A stretch of 64,000 nt of DNA, from contig CP066684.1 in the NCBI GenBank assembly GCA_016432325.1, forward strand, positions 640,001-704,000, written 5' to 3'. Made by a program: the position numbers and the translations under genes. Below the pieces are notes generated by a model. It was not told the origin of the DNA and made no database searches. It saw nothing but the letters and a program-made list of their open reading frames with translations. The DNA is from Candidatus Aenigmatarchaeota archaeon (GTDB lineage: Archaea; Aenigmatarchaeota; Aenigmatarchaeia; PWEA01; JACQIF01). Position 1 is the first letter of the stretch. Each line of letters begins with the position of its first letter. Below, piece after piece: positions 27,503 to 37,485 of the stretch.

Positions 27503-29201
27503 TGTGACGGATTGAGACTGCGACACCGCGGTCGCTGTCACTAATCTCTTCAGCAGACAGAAGGGCTGTTCCACAGGACAAAAGGCGGTCCTTTTTGTCC
27601 ACGACAAAAACTTCTTCGCCCGCGCGTACGTTTTCGCAACGGGTCACGAACTTGCAGAAGACCGAACGGCCCTGCAACGCGAACGGCACGGCGTCCTTGT
27701 TCACGTACACGCGCTTCTCAGGCGCACGCACGCGTTTATGAAGCGCCTTGGCGCCTTCAAATGTGGGGACGAACAGTCCGTCGCCTGCACGGATGGTTCC
27801 AACCATCACGTCGCCGTCGTACACGCGCCTGATGCGACCTGTCTTGCCTGAGACGTCCACGCGCACGCGCCTGAACACCCGATTTGCGCCTTTAGCATAA
27901 CAGTAATCGATGACGGCACGCGCCGCCTTAACCGGATCTGCCTGGCCTTTGGCTTGTTCCAAAGTTATGCTCTGGCCAATCGGGTAGATGCCCAGCAGTT
28001 CAATGGGCACTCGGCCAAACGGCGCCTTCGTAACGTAGCGGGAGCCGCGGACGCGCTTCACGTGTTCTTGGACGCGCACTGTCTCCGGCCGATAGGCCGA
28101 CTCCTCGCCTGTATAGAAGAACGCGCTCTTCTTCGAAACCGGCTCCAGCTTTTGGAAGTATTCCTTGTGTTTCTTCAGAACGTATAGCAGTCCCTCCAAC
28201 AGTTTCGGATGCGCTCTCACGCGCTGCGCAACCAGCTCCCACAGCCACTGCTCGCGGATTGCCTGACGAACGAGCCTCATCTCCGCGGCCGTGACGTGAA
28301 GGTTATGCAACGCAAGCGTCCGTTCGCGATCAACCTCGTTCATCTTGTAAAGCTCTTGCGGCGTGTGCGTCGCGCAGACGGAGCATGCGCACGGGAACTC
28401 CTTTAGCGTGCCGAGTTCGAGCGTGCCGTTGACTGTCAAATAACCGCCCCTGCGCGCAGCGAGTGCGTACATCGCGCTGTCGAAAAGGTCGCAGCCCAGA
28501 GCCGCAAGCAATGCGAACGACATCGGATGGCCCGCGCCGAAAGCATGCACGGGCTTGTTGTGCGGGAGCGCCGCCTTGCACGTGGCGATGATGTCCGCGA
28601 GCCTCGCGTATTCATAACGTTCCATGTATGGCACGATGCCTCCGATTGCGTGAATGTCAAAGTCGTGCTTTGCCGTGAGCGTCGACGCGCGCGTGCGCAG
28701 GTCAGGAAAGCGGCCGCCTTGTATCGGACCGACGGTAAGCGTACCTTCCTTCCTTGCAAGAGCTTTGTATCTCTTCTCGGTCTCCAGCATCTTCCTCTTC
28801 GCCGACGCGTGATCGTCGACAGGAAGCGTGAAGACGTCGAGAGGCGTTATGATATTCGAGCCGATGTCCTGTTGAAACGTAAAGGTCTCCTTGGGGTCGA
28901 TGGTGCCGACGCCCTGAGAATACATCTGGAACGCCCCGGAGTCCGTGTATATCGGGCCTTCCCAACCCAGGAACTTGTGGATTCCCTTTTGCAGGACCTC
29001 TTCGCGCCTAGGCGAACGCATGATAATGTAGGAGTTTGTGATGAGCAACGAGAACCCGAGCTTCGCTATTTCATGCGGTTTGATGAGCGAGATGTTCGGG
29101 TTCATGACTATGGCGATGTTCGGAGTCTCGAGAGTCCCGCGGGGCGTGTCCCACTTTCCCAGACGTGCGGCGGCGTCTTTGGCGATGATTTCGAAGGGCA
29201 T
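27483..29201 (-). CDS. tgtA: archaeosine tRNA-guanine(15) transglycosylase with PUA domain
   Basis: TDSGAFQ, H.FGAGHP, D.FDSA.Y, C.C.VC Zn site, C-terminal PUA. Confidence 0.95.
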   Translation of the reverse strand: MPFEIIAKDAAARLGKWDTPRGTLETPNIAIVMNPNISLIKPHEIAKLGFSLLITNSYIIMRSPRREEVLQKGIHKFLGWEGPIYTDSGAFQMYSQGVGTIDPKETFTFQQDIGSNIITPLDVFTLPVDDHASAKRKMLETEKRYKALARKEGTLTVGPIQGGRFPDLRTRASTLTAKHDFDIHAIGGIVPYMERYEYARLADIIATCKAALPHNKPVHAFGAGHPMSFALLAALGCDLFDSAMYALAARRGGYLTVNGTLELGTLKEFPCACSVCATHTPQELYKMNEVDRERTLALHNLHVTAAEMRLVRQAIREQWLWELVAQRVRAHPKLLEGLLYVLKKHKEYFQKLEPVSKKSAFFYTGEESAYRPETVRVQEHVKRVRGSRYVTKAPFGRVPIELLGIYPIGQSITLEQAKGQADPVKAARAVIDYCYAKGANRVFRRVRVDVSGKTGRIRRVYDGDVMVGTIRAGDGLFVPTFEGAKALHKRVRAPEKRVYVNKDAVPFALQGRSVFCKFVTRCENVRAGEEVFVVDKKDRLLSCGTALLSAEEISDSDRGVAVSIRHTSETEE

Positions 29202-29251
29202 GGACAGAGGGGCCGCGTAGCTTATTTAAAGCTCGTTCTTGAACGCTTCTC

Positions 29252-30595
29252 ATGAAATCCCCCCAACTCCGCGAACGCACCATGATATTGTCTTCAGGCC
29301 GCTGCGCGTGGGCCAAGTGCATGTACTGCGGCTACGGCAAGCTGAAGGAAGAGCGGCTGGGCGGCGATGCGCTCAAAGAGCAGATTGACAACTTCTTCAA
29401 CGGCGTTGAGCCGGGCGTCGACGTCCTGCGCGTCTATGTTTCCGGCAACGTAACAGACCGCGCGCAGGTGCCTGTCGAGACGCAGGCGTACATGGTCCAG
29501 AAGTGCAGGGGGTTCGGAATACGCACGCTGCTCGTGGAGACGCTCCCTCAATTCGTCAGCGAGAAGACGCTCGAACCGTTCAAAGGCTCTGGCCTTCGCA
29601 TGGTCTTTGCGATGGGTCTTGAATGCTACGACGATGCGCTTCGCGCAAAACTGCAGAAGGGATTCACGCGCGCAGATTTCGAGAAGGCGTGCGCGCTCAT
29701 ACGCGCGAACGGCTGGGGCGTTAAGACGTATCTGCTCGTCAATCCTCCGTTCTGTGCGGATGTGAAAAAAGACGTTGACGACTCCGTGGCGTATGCGTTG
29801 AAATGGGCAGACGAAGTCACGCTCATAAACTGCCAGCCGCACGCGGGCACAGAGCTCCATGCGATGCACGAGCGCGGCGAATGGAAGCCGCTAGACAAGG
29901 CGCAGTTCTTTGACGCGACAAAGGAGTGGCTCTCTGACGCGCGCGTGCGTTATGACGCGACGCAGTACGCGCCCTTCCCGTCATGGAAGTCGTGGCTGCC
30001 GCAATTCAAGGAGCAGACGCCTCTTGTCGGGACTGGCGGCGAGTTTCTGGAGAACGAAGTGTACGACCGCTGGCAGAAGTTCATCTGCGAGCGTTACGTC
30101 GTCCGCGATGAGCGCAAGACCGCGCTGTTCATACCGTGTTCGTATACGAAGCCGTACATCAACGGGCCGCTGCATAGGGCGATATGGAGGGTTCTGGATA
30201 GTTTCGATGCAGAGGTCAAGCAGTCCATCCATCTCGTCGTCATTTCGTCTCCGGGCGTCATACCAATAGAGTTCGCGGACTACTATCCATTCAACGCATA
30301 CGACTGGAAGCCGTGGGAGGAGACTGCGTCCATCAAGGAGGCGTATACGCGCGTAACGAAGAAGCGGCTCGTCGACTATCTCAAGGCGCACAAGTACGAG
30401 CGCGTGCTGTGTTACTTCACTATGGACGCAGAGTCTTATGACGCGCTCAAGCAGGCGTGCAACGAGCTGGGCGTCGAACTGATAACGTGCCTGAGAGAAG
30501 AGACTTGGTCGCTCATCAAGGACGAGAAGAACGCGCTCACGCGGCCCGAGGCGCTGGAGGATTTGAAAGGCGCGCTCACGGCGGTTCGCGCCTAA
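29252..30595 (+). CDS. Fusion of a RaSEA-like radical SAM domain and an ArcS-like (DUF5591) domain
   Basis: C.W.KC..CGY, GLE, K.YLL..PPF, G.W.P; C-terminal PCSYTKPY....H and SSPG.IP.E....YP...YD. Confidence 0.75.
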   Translation: MKSPQLRERTMILSSGRCAWAKCMYCGYGKLKEERLGGDALKEQIDNFFNGVEPGVDVLRVYVSGNVTDRAQVPVETQAYMVQKCRGFGIRTLLVETLPQFVSEKTLEPFKGSGLRMVFAMGLECYDDALRAKLQKGFTRADFEKACALIRANGWGVKTYLLVNPPFCADVKKDVDDSVAYALKWADEVTLINCQPHAGTELHAMHERGEWKPLDKAQFFDATKEWLSDARVRYDATQYAPFPSWKSWLPQFKEQTPLVGTGGEFLENEVYDRWQKFICERYVVRDERKTALFIPCSYTKPYINGPLHRAIWRVLDSFDAEVKQSIHLVVISSPGVIPIEFADYYPFNAYDWKPWEETASIKEAYTRVTKKRLVDYLKAHKYERVLCYFTMDAESYDALKQACNELGVELITCLREETWSLIKDEKNALTRPEALEDLKGALTAVRA

Positions 30596-30637
30596 GCCGA
30601 CATTTGACTTTCTGCGCGTTCTATGGTAGTGAGACCG

Positions 30638-31594
30638 TTAAGGCGGGTCTGCCCGAACGGCAGAGGATTCCATCCGCTCGCGTACTTGATTAATATACAG
30701 CGCTATAGAACGGAGCGACGGTTCGCTTATATTGGCCTTTGCTGTCACCTCTATCTGCGTCATATAGTGTCCTCTTTCATTGGCCGCGACGTATACGATG
30801 CCTGCCGCCAGCATGGTGGGTTTGTGGGCTCTTCCCGGCAATCGTTCAATCGCCGAGCACAACTCCAACGCATCCTGTTGGATACGAGGCGGAACGCTCA
30901 GCGCCTCGCACAATCGCGGAACGAAGGCTCGCGCGGACGACTGGGTATTCTCGAGTCCGTCGAGATTCCGCAGCAACGTCTTATACGTCCTGAGAGCGGA
31001 ACGCTTGTCGACGCCTATGATATCTTTGAAATCGGTGGGCACTATGCCAAGGGATAAATCCTTGCCGGCGGCGTATAGAGACGCCGCTGCCACATCCTCC
31101 GTGCTCCTGCCCCTGAGATAGTTTCCAGCGTGCGCTTTCCTGTATATCGCCACTGCCCTCTCTTCCAAAGCGGATGGGAGTTCTCTTGCGGCAACGTAGT
31201 CCTTGATTATGACAAGGCCGTTGTTCAGCGTTCTCGATCGAGAGCTGTGAAACGTCGCGCGCGTATTCTGTTCTATCATGCGCCGCCACTGGAGCCTGTT
31301 CCCCACAGGCGCGCCCCACGAATCGCGGAGGTCTGACGAGATGACGCTCCCGAGGCCCCTGTCGTGTCGCATCAGAGTTGTCTTATGGTCGTGCAGTCGC
31401 TTGTCCGCTTGCTCTTTATCATACGCACGCTCATGTCTTCCATTATCTATCTGCTTGTCGCGAACGACTACGCCGCAGCCGCCGCAGTAGGTTTCGCCGC
31501 GCCTGGAATCGGTATCAAGCCTTCCTCCGCATTCGGGGCACGCGGTAAGCAGTTCTATTTCAACGTTCCTTATCACAATCGCCTCTGTGGCCAT
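30638..31594 (-). CDS. tfb: transcription initiation factor IIB (TFB), divergent
   Basis: CPECG...GE.YC..CG.V, HD.GL.S, RGRS.E..AAA.LY.A, TQ.EV. Confidence 0.9.
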   Translation of the reverse strand: MATEAIVIRNVEIELLTACPECGGRLDTDSRRGETYCGGCGVVVRDKQIDNGRHERAYDKEQADKRLHDHKTTLMRHDRGLGSVISSDLRDSWGAPVGNRLQWRRMIEQNTRATFHSSRSRTLNNGLVIIKDYVAARELPSALEERAVAIYRKAHAGNYLRGRSTEDVAAASLYAAGKDLSLGIVPTDFKDIIGVDKRSALRTYKTLLRNLDGLENTQSSARAFVPRLCEALSVPPRIQQDALELCSAIERLPGRAHKPTMLAAGIVYVAANERGHYMTQIEVTAKANISEPSLRSIALYINQVRERMESSAVRADPP

Positions 31595-31612
31595 TTGAAT
31601 CACACGCGGCAC

Positions 31613-32485
31613 CTAAGGCCATCCGGGGTCGTACTGATGGGCTTTCCGTTTCTTCTCGCTGATCAGCATGTCGAGATGGGCGGCGATGGCGCTGTCCACA
31701 ACGTCCGATAAATCTCTGCCTTCGAGAACCTTCAAGGAATGAAGCCCTTGATAGTTTTCCAGTCCGATCCTTACCTTGACCTCTTTCGTGTTCCTGTTCT
31801 TCTCCGCGGCCAGCAGTTTCTTTTCCGCCGCCCTTTTCTTGTTTTCCTCGGACAGAATCTTATTGTGTTCGTACATGGCGGCGGCGCCGAACATTCTGCC
31901 GACGTCCCGCCTACCTACCGAATATTCGGTTGTGAAACGGTCTATGAGAGACGCCAGCTCCGCCTCGTTCTCTCGCGTTACCCGAATGGCGACGCGGCTG
32001 CCCGTTCCGCTTCTTTTGGCAATAATGTCATAGCTGTTCAAGGCGCTCTTGAACATGCCTGTGTTGCCGTTGGACGATGTCTCGGCAAATACTGTTTTCA
32101 GCATTTCAAAGGGCGTCGCAGATTCCAGATGGTCCATCACGTCATCGGCCCTCCTTTTTATCGAAGAAGGCATCTTCATGTCCACCCACGATGAACCGTC
32201 TTCTTCGTGCCTGACCTCGGGTATGTAGAGTGTACCGGCAACGGCGTATACCCTGAGCCTCCTGTCACCGCGCACCTCTATCAGGCCTTCTTCCCGAAGC
32301 GCGTTGAGACAATTGACGACCGTGTGATATTGAATGTCCGCACGCTTGGCGCAACTGCCGGCGCGTATCCACGGGTGCCGAGCAATAGTTTCATATATCT
32401 TCTCTCGCGGAGGCCTCTGGTCTGTGGCCTTTGCAGGCGCCTCGGCTTTCTCTATGGTCCTCAACAGTTCTTGCGCGTCTTCCAT
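31613..32485 (-). CDS. hypothetical DNA-binding protein (N-terminal wHTH, possible RHH-like segments)
   Basis: I...PWI...A....IQYHTV...L..L.EEGLI. Confidence 0.65.
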   Translation of the reverse strand: MEDAQELLRTIEKAEAPAKATDQRPPREKIYETIARHPWIRAGSCAKRADIQYHTVVNCLNALREEGLIEVRGDRRLRVYAVAGTLYIPEVRHEEDGSSWVDMKMPSSIKRRADDVMDHLESATPFEMLKTVFAETSSNGNTGMFKSALNSYDIIAKRSGTGSRVAIRVTRENEAELASLIDRFTTEYSVGRRDVGRMFGAAAMYEHNKILSEENKKRAAEKKLLAAEKNRNTKEVKVRIGLENYQGLHSLKVLEGRDLSDVVDSAIAAHLDMLISEKKRKAHQYDPGWP

Positions 32486-32606
32486 GGATTCACCGATTCA
32501 TTATGGAAGGCTTGAAATCACAATTTCGTGTTCTCCGGCCGGGAGAATTGAAATCGCAATTTCATGTTCTTCCGTGTGCCCCCAACTCTCAGACTTGTGG
32601 TAAAAG

Positions 32607-32969
32607 CTATTTAACGTCGACGTTCCTCAGCCCCTGAACGGTTGTCAGCTTGTTTCTCCTGAAGAGAGCGCGCAGACGCTCGCGCGCCGCGCGGTCCGTG
32701 CGGCAGCCTACGCCGTTCAGATACTCATCGAGCTTCTTGGCGATGCGCTCGCCCTCTGGGTCAAAATCGGTCAGAACGAGAACGCGCGCGTCGTCGACGT
32801 CGACAGAGAACTCGTACAGGCCCTTGCCTTTGTTGATCTCAATGACGCGCGTGAAGCCCAGCCGCACGAGCGCTTCTGTGTCGTGCCTGCCTTCCACGAT
32901 GACGAACTCGTCCGTATAGCGCCGCAGCTCTTCCAACAACGCTTCCCTGTCCTCGCGCAGCGTCCTCAT
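32607..32969 (-). CDS. small Toprim domain protein (RNase M5/primase-like)
   Basis: IVEG..D..AL and LTDFD.EGE. Confidence 0.88.
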   Translation of the reverse strand: MRTLREDREALLEELRRYTDEFVIVEGRHDTEALVRLGFTRVIEINKGKGLYEFSVDVDDARVLVLTDFDPEGERIAKKLDEYLNGVGCRTDRAARERLRALFRRNKLTTVQGLRNVDVK

Positions 32970-33334
32970 ACGCGTTGCACTACCTTGTAGAATATCGTCT
33001 TGCCTGTTTTCCTCTCTTCCAGATATCCGGCGTGTTTCAACTGGGCGACTTGGCGGCTGACGTACTCCTGCCTGTAGCCGAGCGCGCCGGCCAGCTGGTT
33101 GGTGGACTTCCATTCCGCGAGAGACGTCATGAGCTTCGCCTGCACTGCACTCAGGCCGTTGTTCTCGTTGATGGACAGCTTCTTCATCACGAAATCGAGC
33201 CTTGCTTCAAGAACGTCGAGGCGCCTCGCAACGGCCTGCGACTGCTGAGGCGCTGTCACCGTCACGCGCGCGGCGTCCATCGCGCGCGCCTTTTTCAATA
33301 TCTCTTCTGCCGAACGAACAGTCAGAAATAACAC
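32966..33334 (-). CDS. winged-HTH regulator with coiled coil
   Basis: STNQLA..LG..QEYVSR.V.QL...GY....K.GK..FY. Confidence 0.75.
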   Translation of the reverse strand: MLFLTVRSAEEILKKARAMDAARVTVTAPQQSQAVARRLDVLEARLDFVMKKLSINENNGLSAVQAKLMTSLAEWKSTNQLAGALGYRQEYVSRQVAQLKHAGYLEERKTGKTIFYKVVQRV

Positions 33335-33419
33335 CCGTGACTTTGTTATGTCAAGGATGGTATTTATAGGGCGTTGCTGACCTGAAGATATTTATTCGTT
33401 CGTTGTCAACAGTCACGTC

Positions 33420-34508
33420 ATGTCGATCCAGATTAGAAACTCTGCGCCAGTCGATACGTTCGAGACTCTCGGAGAATTTCGCGAGTCGTTTGGCCGTCTT
33501 GTGGAGCAGTTGCGAGGAGACGGAATAGACAGGGTATACAAGTCCCACGTTTCGTGGCCTTCCGATATCGACGGACGCAAGAAAATAGATGTGACTGTTT
33601 CGCCTGCACAGTTCCCTTATGAGTCCGCGTGGCATGCTTTCTATAACAGATATTCCGATAGTCCTCAAGTGCCTGTTTACTGGCGTCAGGACAGAACCGA
33701 GGTAAATGCGGATGTCGACCTTGAGTGTTTCCCACAACTACGGAGATTGCCGGAAACCGTCAAGGCAGAACTAGCAAAGAATGTCAGCGAGCATCTCGAA
33801 TATAACAAGCCTCGCGTACGGGACCTCTTCTCCACAACCCAAAACGCGCCGGCAGGCGCCAAATACAACGCACTCACCGGCCTGCTCAAGACGCTGGAGA
33901 CCGCTGATGCGCCAGCCAAGGCCTCGCACGCGGACCCTCAAAGCGTGACGTCTATCGACACGTTCCAGAAGACCATGACAGGCCACATCGACGAGATGGA
34001 GGTTACAGCCGGCGCCTATGGAATCGAGGAGGTTGTTGGTATTAGGATATGGTATCCTCAAGCCGCTTATCCTTGGGTACCAAAGGACCGGATGCGACAG
34101 ATAGACACGCCATACAAATGGTTCAACTTCGAAGAGCCTGCAAAACTGGTTCGTGCAGATCCCATTTTCGGGAACTCGCCAAAATACGTGGAGGAAGGTT
34201 TCAATTTCAGGCAGGATCTGGAAGGAACGGAAGTGACTACAGTGTTGCCGTTTGACGCCCGTGACAAGATACTGGAGGCGCACAAGGACACGCAAGCGGC
34301 GGTCTTCTGGGAGGTGAACAAGCTGGAGCCTGTTATTCTCGCAAGGCACCAGGAACCCGGTTACATGGAGGCCCTCGCCCGGTCTGTGCCGCAGATTGCA
34401 GACGTCCTGCTCTTCCGCAACAGTCTAGTAGGGTCTCTTGGTTACAAACAGGGGACTACGGTCGGCATAAGAATTCCAACTCCAGAAGAAGTCGAGCAAG
34501 CGCAATGA
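33420..34508 (+). CDS. hypothetical protein
   Basis: 362-aa ORF, no motif recognised. Confidence 0.7.
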   Translation: MSIQIRNSAPVDTFETLGEFRESFGRLVEQLRGDGIDRVYKSHVSWPSDIDGRKKIDVTVSPAQFPYESAWHAFYNRYSDSPQVPVYWRQDRTEVNADVDLECFPQLRRLPETVKAELAKNVSEHLEYNKPRVRDLFSTTQNAPAGAKYNALTGLLKTLETADAPAKASHADPQSVTSIDTFQKTMTGHIDEMEVTAGAYGIEEVVGIRIWYPQAAYPWVPKDRMRQIDTPYKWFNFEEPAKLVRADPIFGNSPKYVEEGFNFRQDLEGTEVTTVLPFDARDKILEAHKDTQAAVFWEVNKLEPVILARHQEPGYMEALARSVPQIADVLLFRNSLVGSLGYKQGTTVGIRIPTPEEVEQAQ

Positions 34509-34598
34509 ACGTCTCAAAGCCTCTTGCGCCCGTTCCCTGTGAAACCATCAACAGGCCGTTTATTTATCCGAGGGTATCCAATAAAGGCCGTGGGGACG

Positions 34599-35231
34599 AT
34601 GTTAGAAGCTACGGCTCTTTTTGAAAGGACCTTCAAGGCTCTCGCAGGCAGACACACCAAGCAAGAGTTCGAAGCCGTCTATCCTGCAATCGGTGCCTAC
34701 GACGATTTCGGGAAGACCGTGCACGACAGGATGATCTATCAGAGCGCGGTTATCATTCCGTCCGGCGATGCGGCGTGGGCCGTCTGCCGCGGCGAACTCG
34801 ACGAGCCACACGGATTGCCGCGCCGCCTGCGCACACCCGAAGTGGTGGACATGGCGGCGGTCCGCATGCCGATGAAAAACGGAAGGGTTCCCGAGGAACT
34901 GCTGCGCCGGAACGTACGGGACGCCGAACGTTTCTCAAAGTCGCTTGTAATCGGAAAACGTCACGGCCCTCTGATGGTTCCAGAGCGCGGACTTTTCGGC
35001 AGAAGAATGGGCGACGCGCTGAAGCCGTTGATAGGAAGATATGCGGACGGCCATCCGCCGATTGAAACCCTGAAGATGGGAGACAACATCGACCATTATG
35101 TTTATGGTGGCCTGTGGGGGCGGGATGGAGTGGACTACAAAGCGAAGTTCGTGCCGGTACTGGCCAAGACCATCGAGGACGTCGTCCTATCCTCCAAGCT
35201 AAAGCCGCTTGCACCCGTTCCGCGTGACTAG
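34599..35231 (+). CDS. hypothetical protein
   Basis: ORF after TTTATTTA; no motif recognised. Confidence 0.6.
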   Translation: MLEATALFERTFKALAGRHTKQEFEAVYPAIGAYDDFGKTVHDRMIYQSAVIIPSGDAAWAVCRGELDEPHGLPRRLRTPEVVDMAAVRMPMKNGRVPEELLRRNVRDAERFSKSLVIGKRHGPLMVPERGLFGRRMGDALKPLIGRYADGHPPIETLKMGDNIDHYVYGGLWGRDGVDYKAKFVPVLAKTIEDVVLSSKLKPLAPVPRD

Positions 35232-36179
35232 ATAGTTGTTCTCTATGCGAACGCCGCGCGTCTTCATGTAAAACGCCGGCTCTATCGCAACTACCATCCC
35301 CTCTTCCAGAACACCCTTTGAATTAGGACCTATGCGCGGCGCCTCGTGCACTTCGAGACCTATTCCATGGCCCAGCGCATGGATGAGATATTTCCCTCTG
35401 AAGCCCAAGAGCTTGAGAGCGGTGTTGTGCAGTTCGGCTGCCGGAACGCCTGGCTTTATGTATTCCTCGAGCGCGTCGAGGACGCCCTTCACCTCCCTGA
35501 CGCCCTCTGCAATGCCTATCGGGACCGTGAGATCCGAGCAATAGTGTTTGTACCGCACGCCGTAGTCCACGTAGCAGAAGTGTTTTATGGGTATGCGCGT
35601 TGGCGTGTGATGGGGCGAGGACGTATTGCGCCCTGTCGCGACTATCGGATGGAATGCGACCTGAAGCCCTCTCGAGAGCGTTTCACGAATGATGTCTGAG
35701 GCGACGTCGCTCTCCGTGCGCCCGCGAACGATGCGAACGGAAGCGAGGACGCGCCGCGCTTCGCGGACGGAGGCGCGTATGGTTCGTATTTCGTATGGCG
35801 TCTTGACGGCGCGCGCCTTAGCGAAGAACGGGGAGACGTCTGTTTTCTTCCTGAATCTTCTGGCCGACGCGTAACTCATGAAAGCGCCGTTAAGTCCGAC
35901 AGTGCCGCCGATGCCGCGGACAACTTCTCGGAAGGACTCTGCCTTCTCGACCTTGGCCCAGGAACCGTGCGTCAGCGGAGCAGACATATCGCTGGTATAA
36001 AGCGTTACGGAACTGGGATAGACGACAACGAGAGCGCCGTCGGCGCGCACATTCGTCATGTACGTGGCGTTTGGATCTATCATGTCAAACTCCGGATTGT
36101 AGAGTACTATCGCGTCGACGCGTTCGAACGCGCCCGCGGCGCGGAGCTTCTTCAGGCGGAGCTTGAGTTCGGAGTGCAT
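35199..36179 (-). CDS. M24 Xaa-Pro aminopeptidase/prolidase
   Basis: R.VKT.YE, D.G....Y.SD.T, H.LGHGIGLEVHE, EP..Y...GVRIE. Confidence 0.92.
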   Translation of the reverse strand: MHSELKLRLKKLRAAGAFERVDAIVLYNPEFDMIDPNATYMTNVRADGALVVVYPSSVTLYTSDMSAPLTHGSWAKVEKAESFREVVRGIGGTVGLNGAFMSYASARRFRKKTDVSPFFAKARAVKTPYEIRTIRASVREARRVLASVRIVRGRTESDVASDIIRETLSRGLQVAFHPIVATGRNTSSPHHTPTRIPIKHFCYVDYGVRYKHYCSDLTVPIGIAEGVREVKGVLDALEEYIKPGVPAAELHNTALKLLGFRGKYLIHALGHGIGLEVHEAPRIGPNSKGVLEEGMVVAIEPAFYMKTRGVRIENNYLVTRNGCKRL

Positions 36180-36236
36180 GCGCGTTGTAGGAGAGGCGTG
36201 GATAAAAGGCTTCACGCGATAGCGGAACGCCGGCTC

Positions 36237-36974
36237 TCACAGGACGTCCAGCACCATTGCGGCATGATCGCTCAGCTTCGCTTCCATCGGCTTGCGATCG
36301 TAAAGACATTTAGATATCTTCGATGCCAGTTCGTTGGAAACAAAACAATGATCGAAACGGTATCCCATCATGTCGCGGCTGAACCAGCTGTGCTCGGCCG
36401 TGCCTGCGAGTTTGAAACCGTCGACAAGTCCTCTCTTCGCCAGTTCCTGATAGAACCATTGCCACGGCACATACGCGGGATGGTGCGGAACGTGTCCGGG
36501 TTCAAGAATGTTAAAGTCGCCGCAGAATATCCTGTTTCCGTTCGGAGTGTCGTCGAGAGCGCGCAACAGCGCGTCCAGGAATCCCTTCTTCTTATCAACC
36601 TTCGCAGGCTCCGTGCTGGTTGACGTCGGGGCGTATACGCCTATCAGTTCCAAGCCGTTTATTTCCACAGACGCCACCCTCGATCGCAGGCCAACCACGC
36701 GCTCCGCGAATTCCGTATGTTTGAGCGGAAGCCTGCTGAGTATCATAACCGCGTATTCGTTGCCTTCGGGTTTTGGAAAAACGACGTTGTATCCCTTGTA
36801 GAACCTGAAGAGGCGCTCGATATACGCGCAACCCTCGCTGTTTTTTGCTTCTGTCAGGACGATGGCGTCCTCCTTGCGCGCCGACAGCCACTCGGCCTGC
36901 TTGCGCGCTCTCTCAAGAGACGGGTTGCCTATGTTCCAGCAGAGAACGGATAACCGCGACGGCATGGGTCTCAA
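36237..36974 (-). CDS. exonuclease III-like EEP family nuclease
   Basis: WN, L.E.K, VYAP, GDFN, RFDH, SDH. Confidence 0.88.
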   Translation of the reverse strand: MRPMPSRLSVLCWNIGNPSLERARKQAEWLSARKEDAIVLTEAKNSEGCAYIERLFRFYKGYNVVFPKPEGNEYAVMILSRLPLKHTEFAERVVGLRSRVASVEINGLELIGVYAPTSTSTEPAKVDKKKGFLDALLRALDDTPNGNRIFCGDFNILEPGHVPHHPAYVPWQWFYQELAKRGLVDGFKLAGTAEHSWFSRDMMGYRFDHCFVSNELASKISKCLYDRKPMEAKLSDHAAMVLDVL

Positions 36975-36996
36975 TCCGCGGCAAAGGATAAAAGCT

Positions 36997-37413
36997 CTAC
37001 CAGTCCAGAAGCTTTTCCCCGACGAGGAATGGCAGTATCTCGTCCTCGAGAGACGGCGGGAGTTTGATGCCCTTCTCCTTGTAGTCCTTAGGTATGAACG
37101 CGCACTCCTCGAGCTCCGGGTCGTCCAGTTTCGGCTCGCCGTCCAGCTCGACGAGATATGCGGAAAGCTTTACGATGGCGTCGTCGAAGACCGCGGGCGC
37201 GCTGAAGTCGCCGAGCTTGCGTATCACGCGACCGCCGCAATGGACTTCCTCTTGTATCTCCCTGAGAAGCGCTTCTTCCTCTGTCTCGCCGGCTTCGGGC
37301 TTGCCGCCGAGGCTGGTCCAGATGTCCTTGCCGACCTTCCTCACCATCAGAAGCATATTGTCTCTGACGACTATGGCGACGATTTTGTGTATCTCTTTCA
37401 TTGGATCGCCCAT
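36997..37413 (-). CDS. NUDIX hydrolase
   Basis: GGKPEAGE..EEAL.REI.EE. Confidence 0.88.
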   Translation of the reverse strand: MGDPMKEIHKIVAIVVRDNMLLMVRKVGKDIWTSLGGKPEAGETEEEALLREIQEEVHCGGRVIRKLGDFSAPAVFDDAIVKLSAYLVELDGEPKLDDPELEECAFIPKDYKEKGIKLPPSLEDEILPFLVGEKLLDW

Positions 37414-37440
37414 GATTTCTTTAACAAGGCCCGATTCCGA

Positions 37441-37455
37441 TATAACACTGTTATA
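37441..37455. promoter_or_regulatory. Palindromic operator TATAACACTGTTATA
   Basis: Perfect 7-1-7 palindrome abutting TTTAAATA; recurs at 47151 and 49931. Confidence 0.7.
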
Positions 37456-37485
37456 TTTAAATAGCCGTGCGTGCAACTGACGCGT

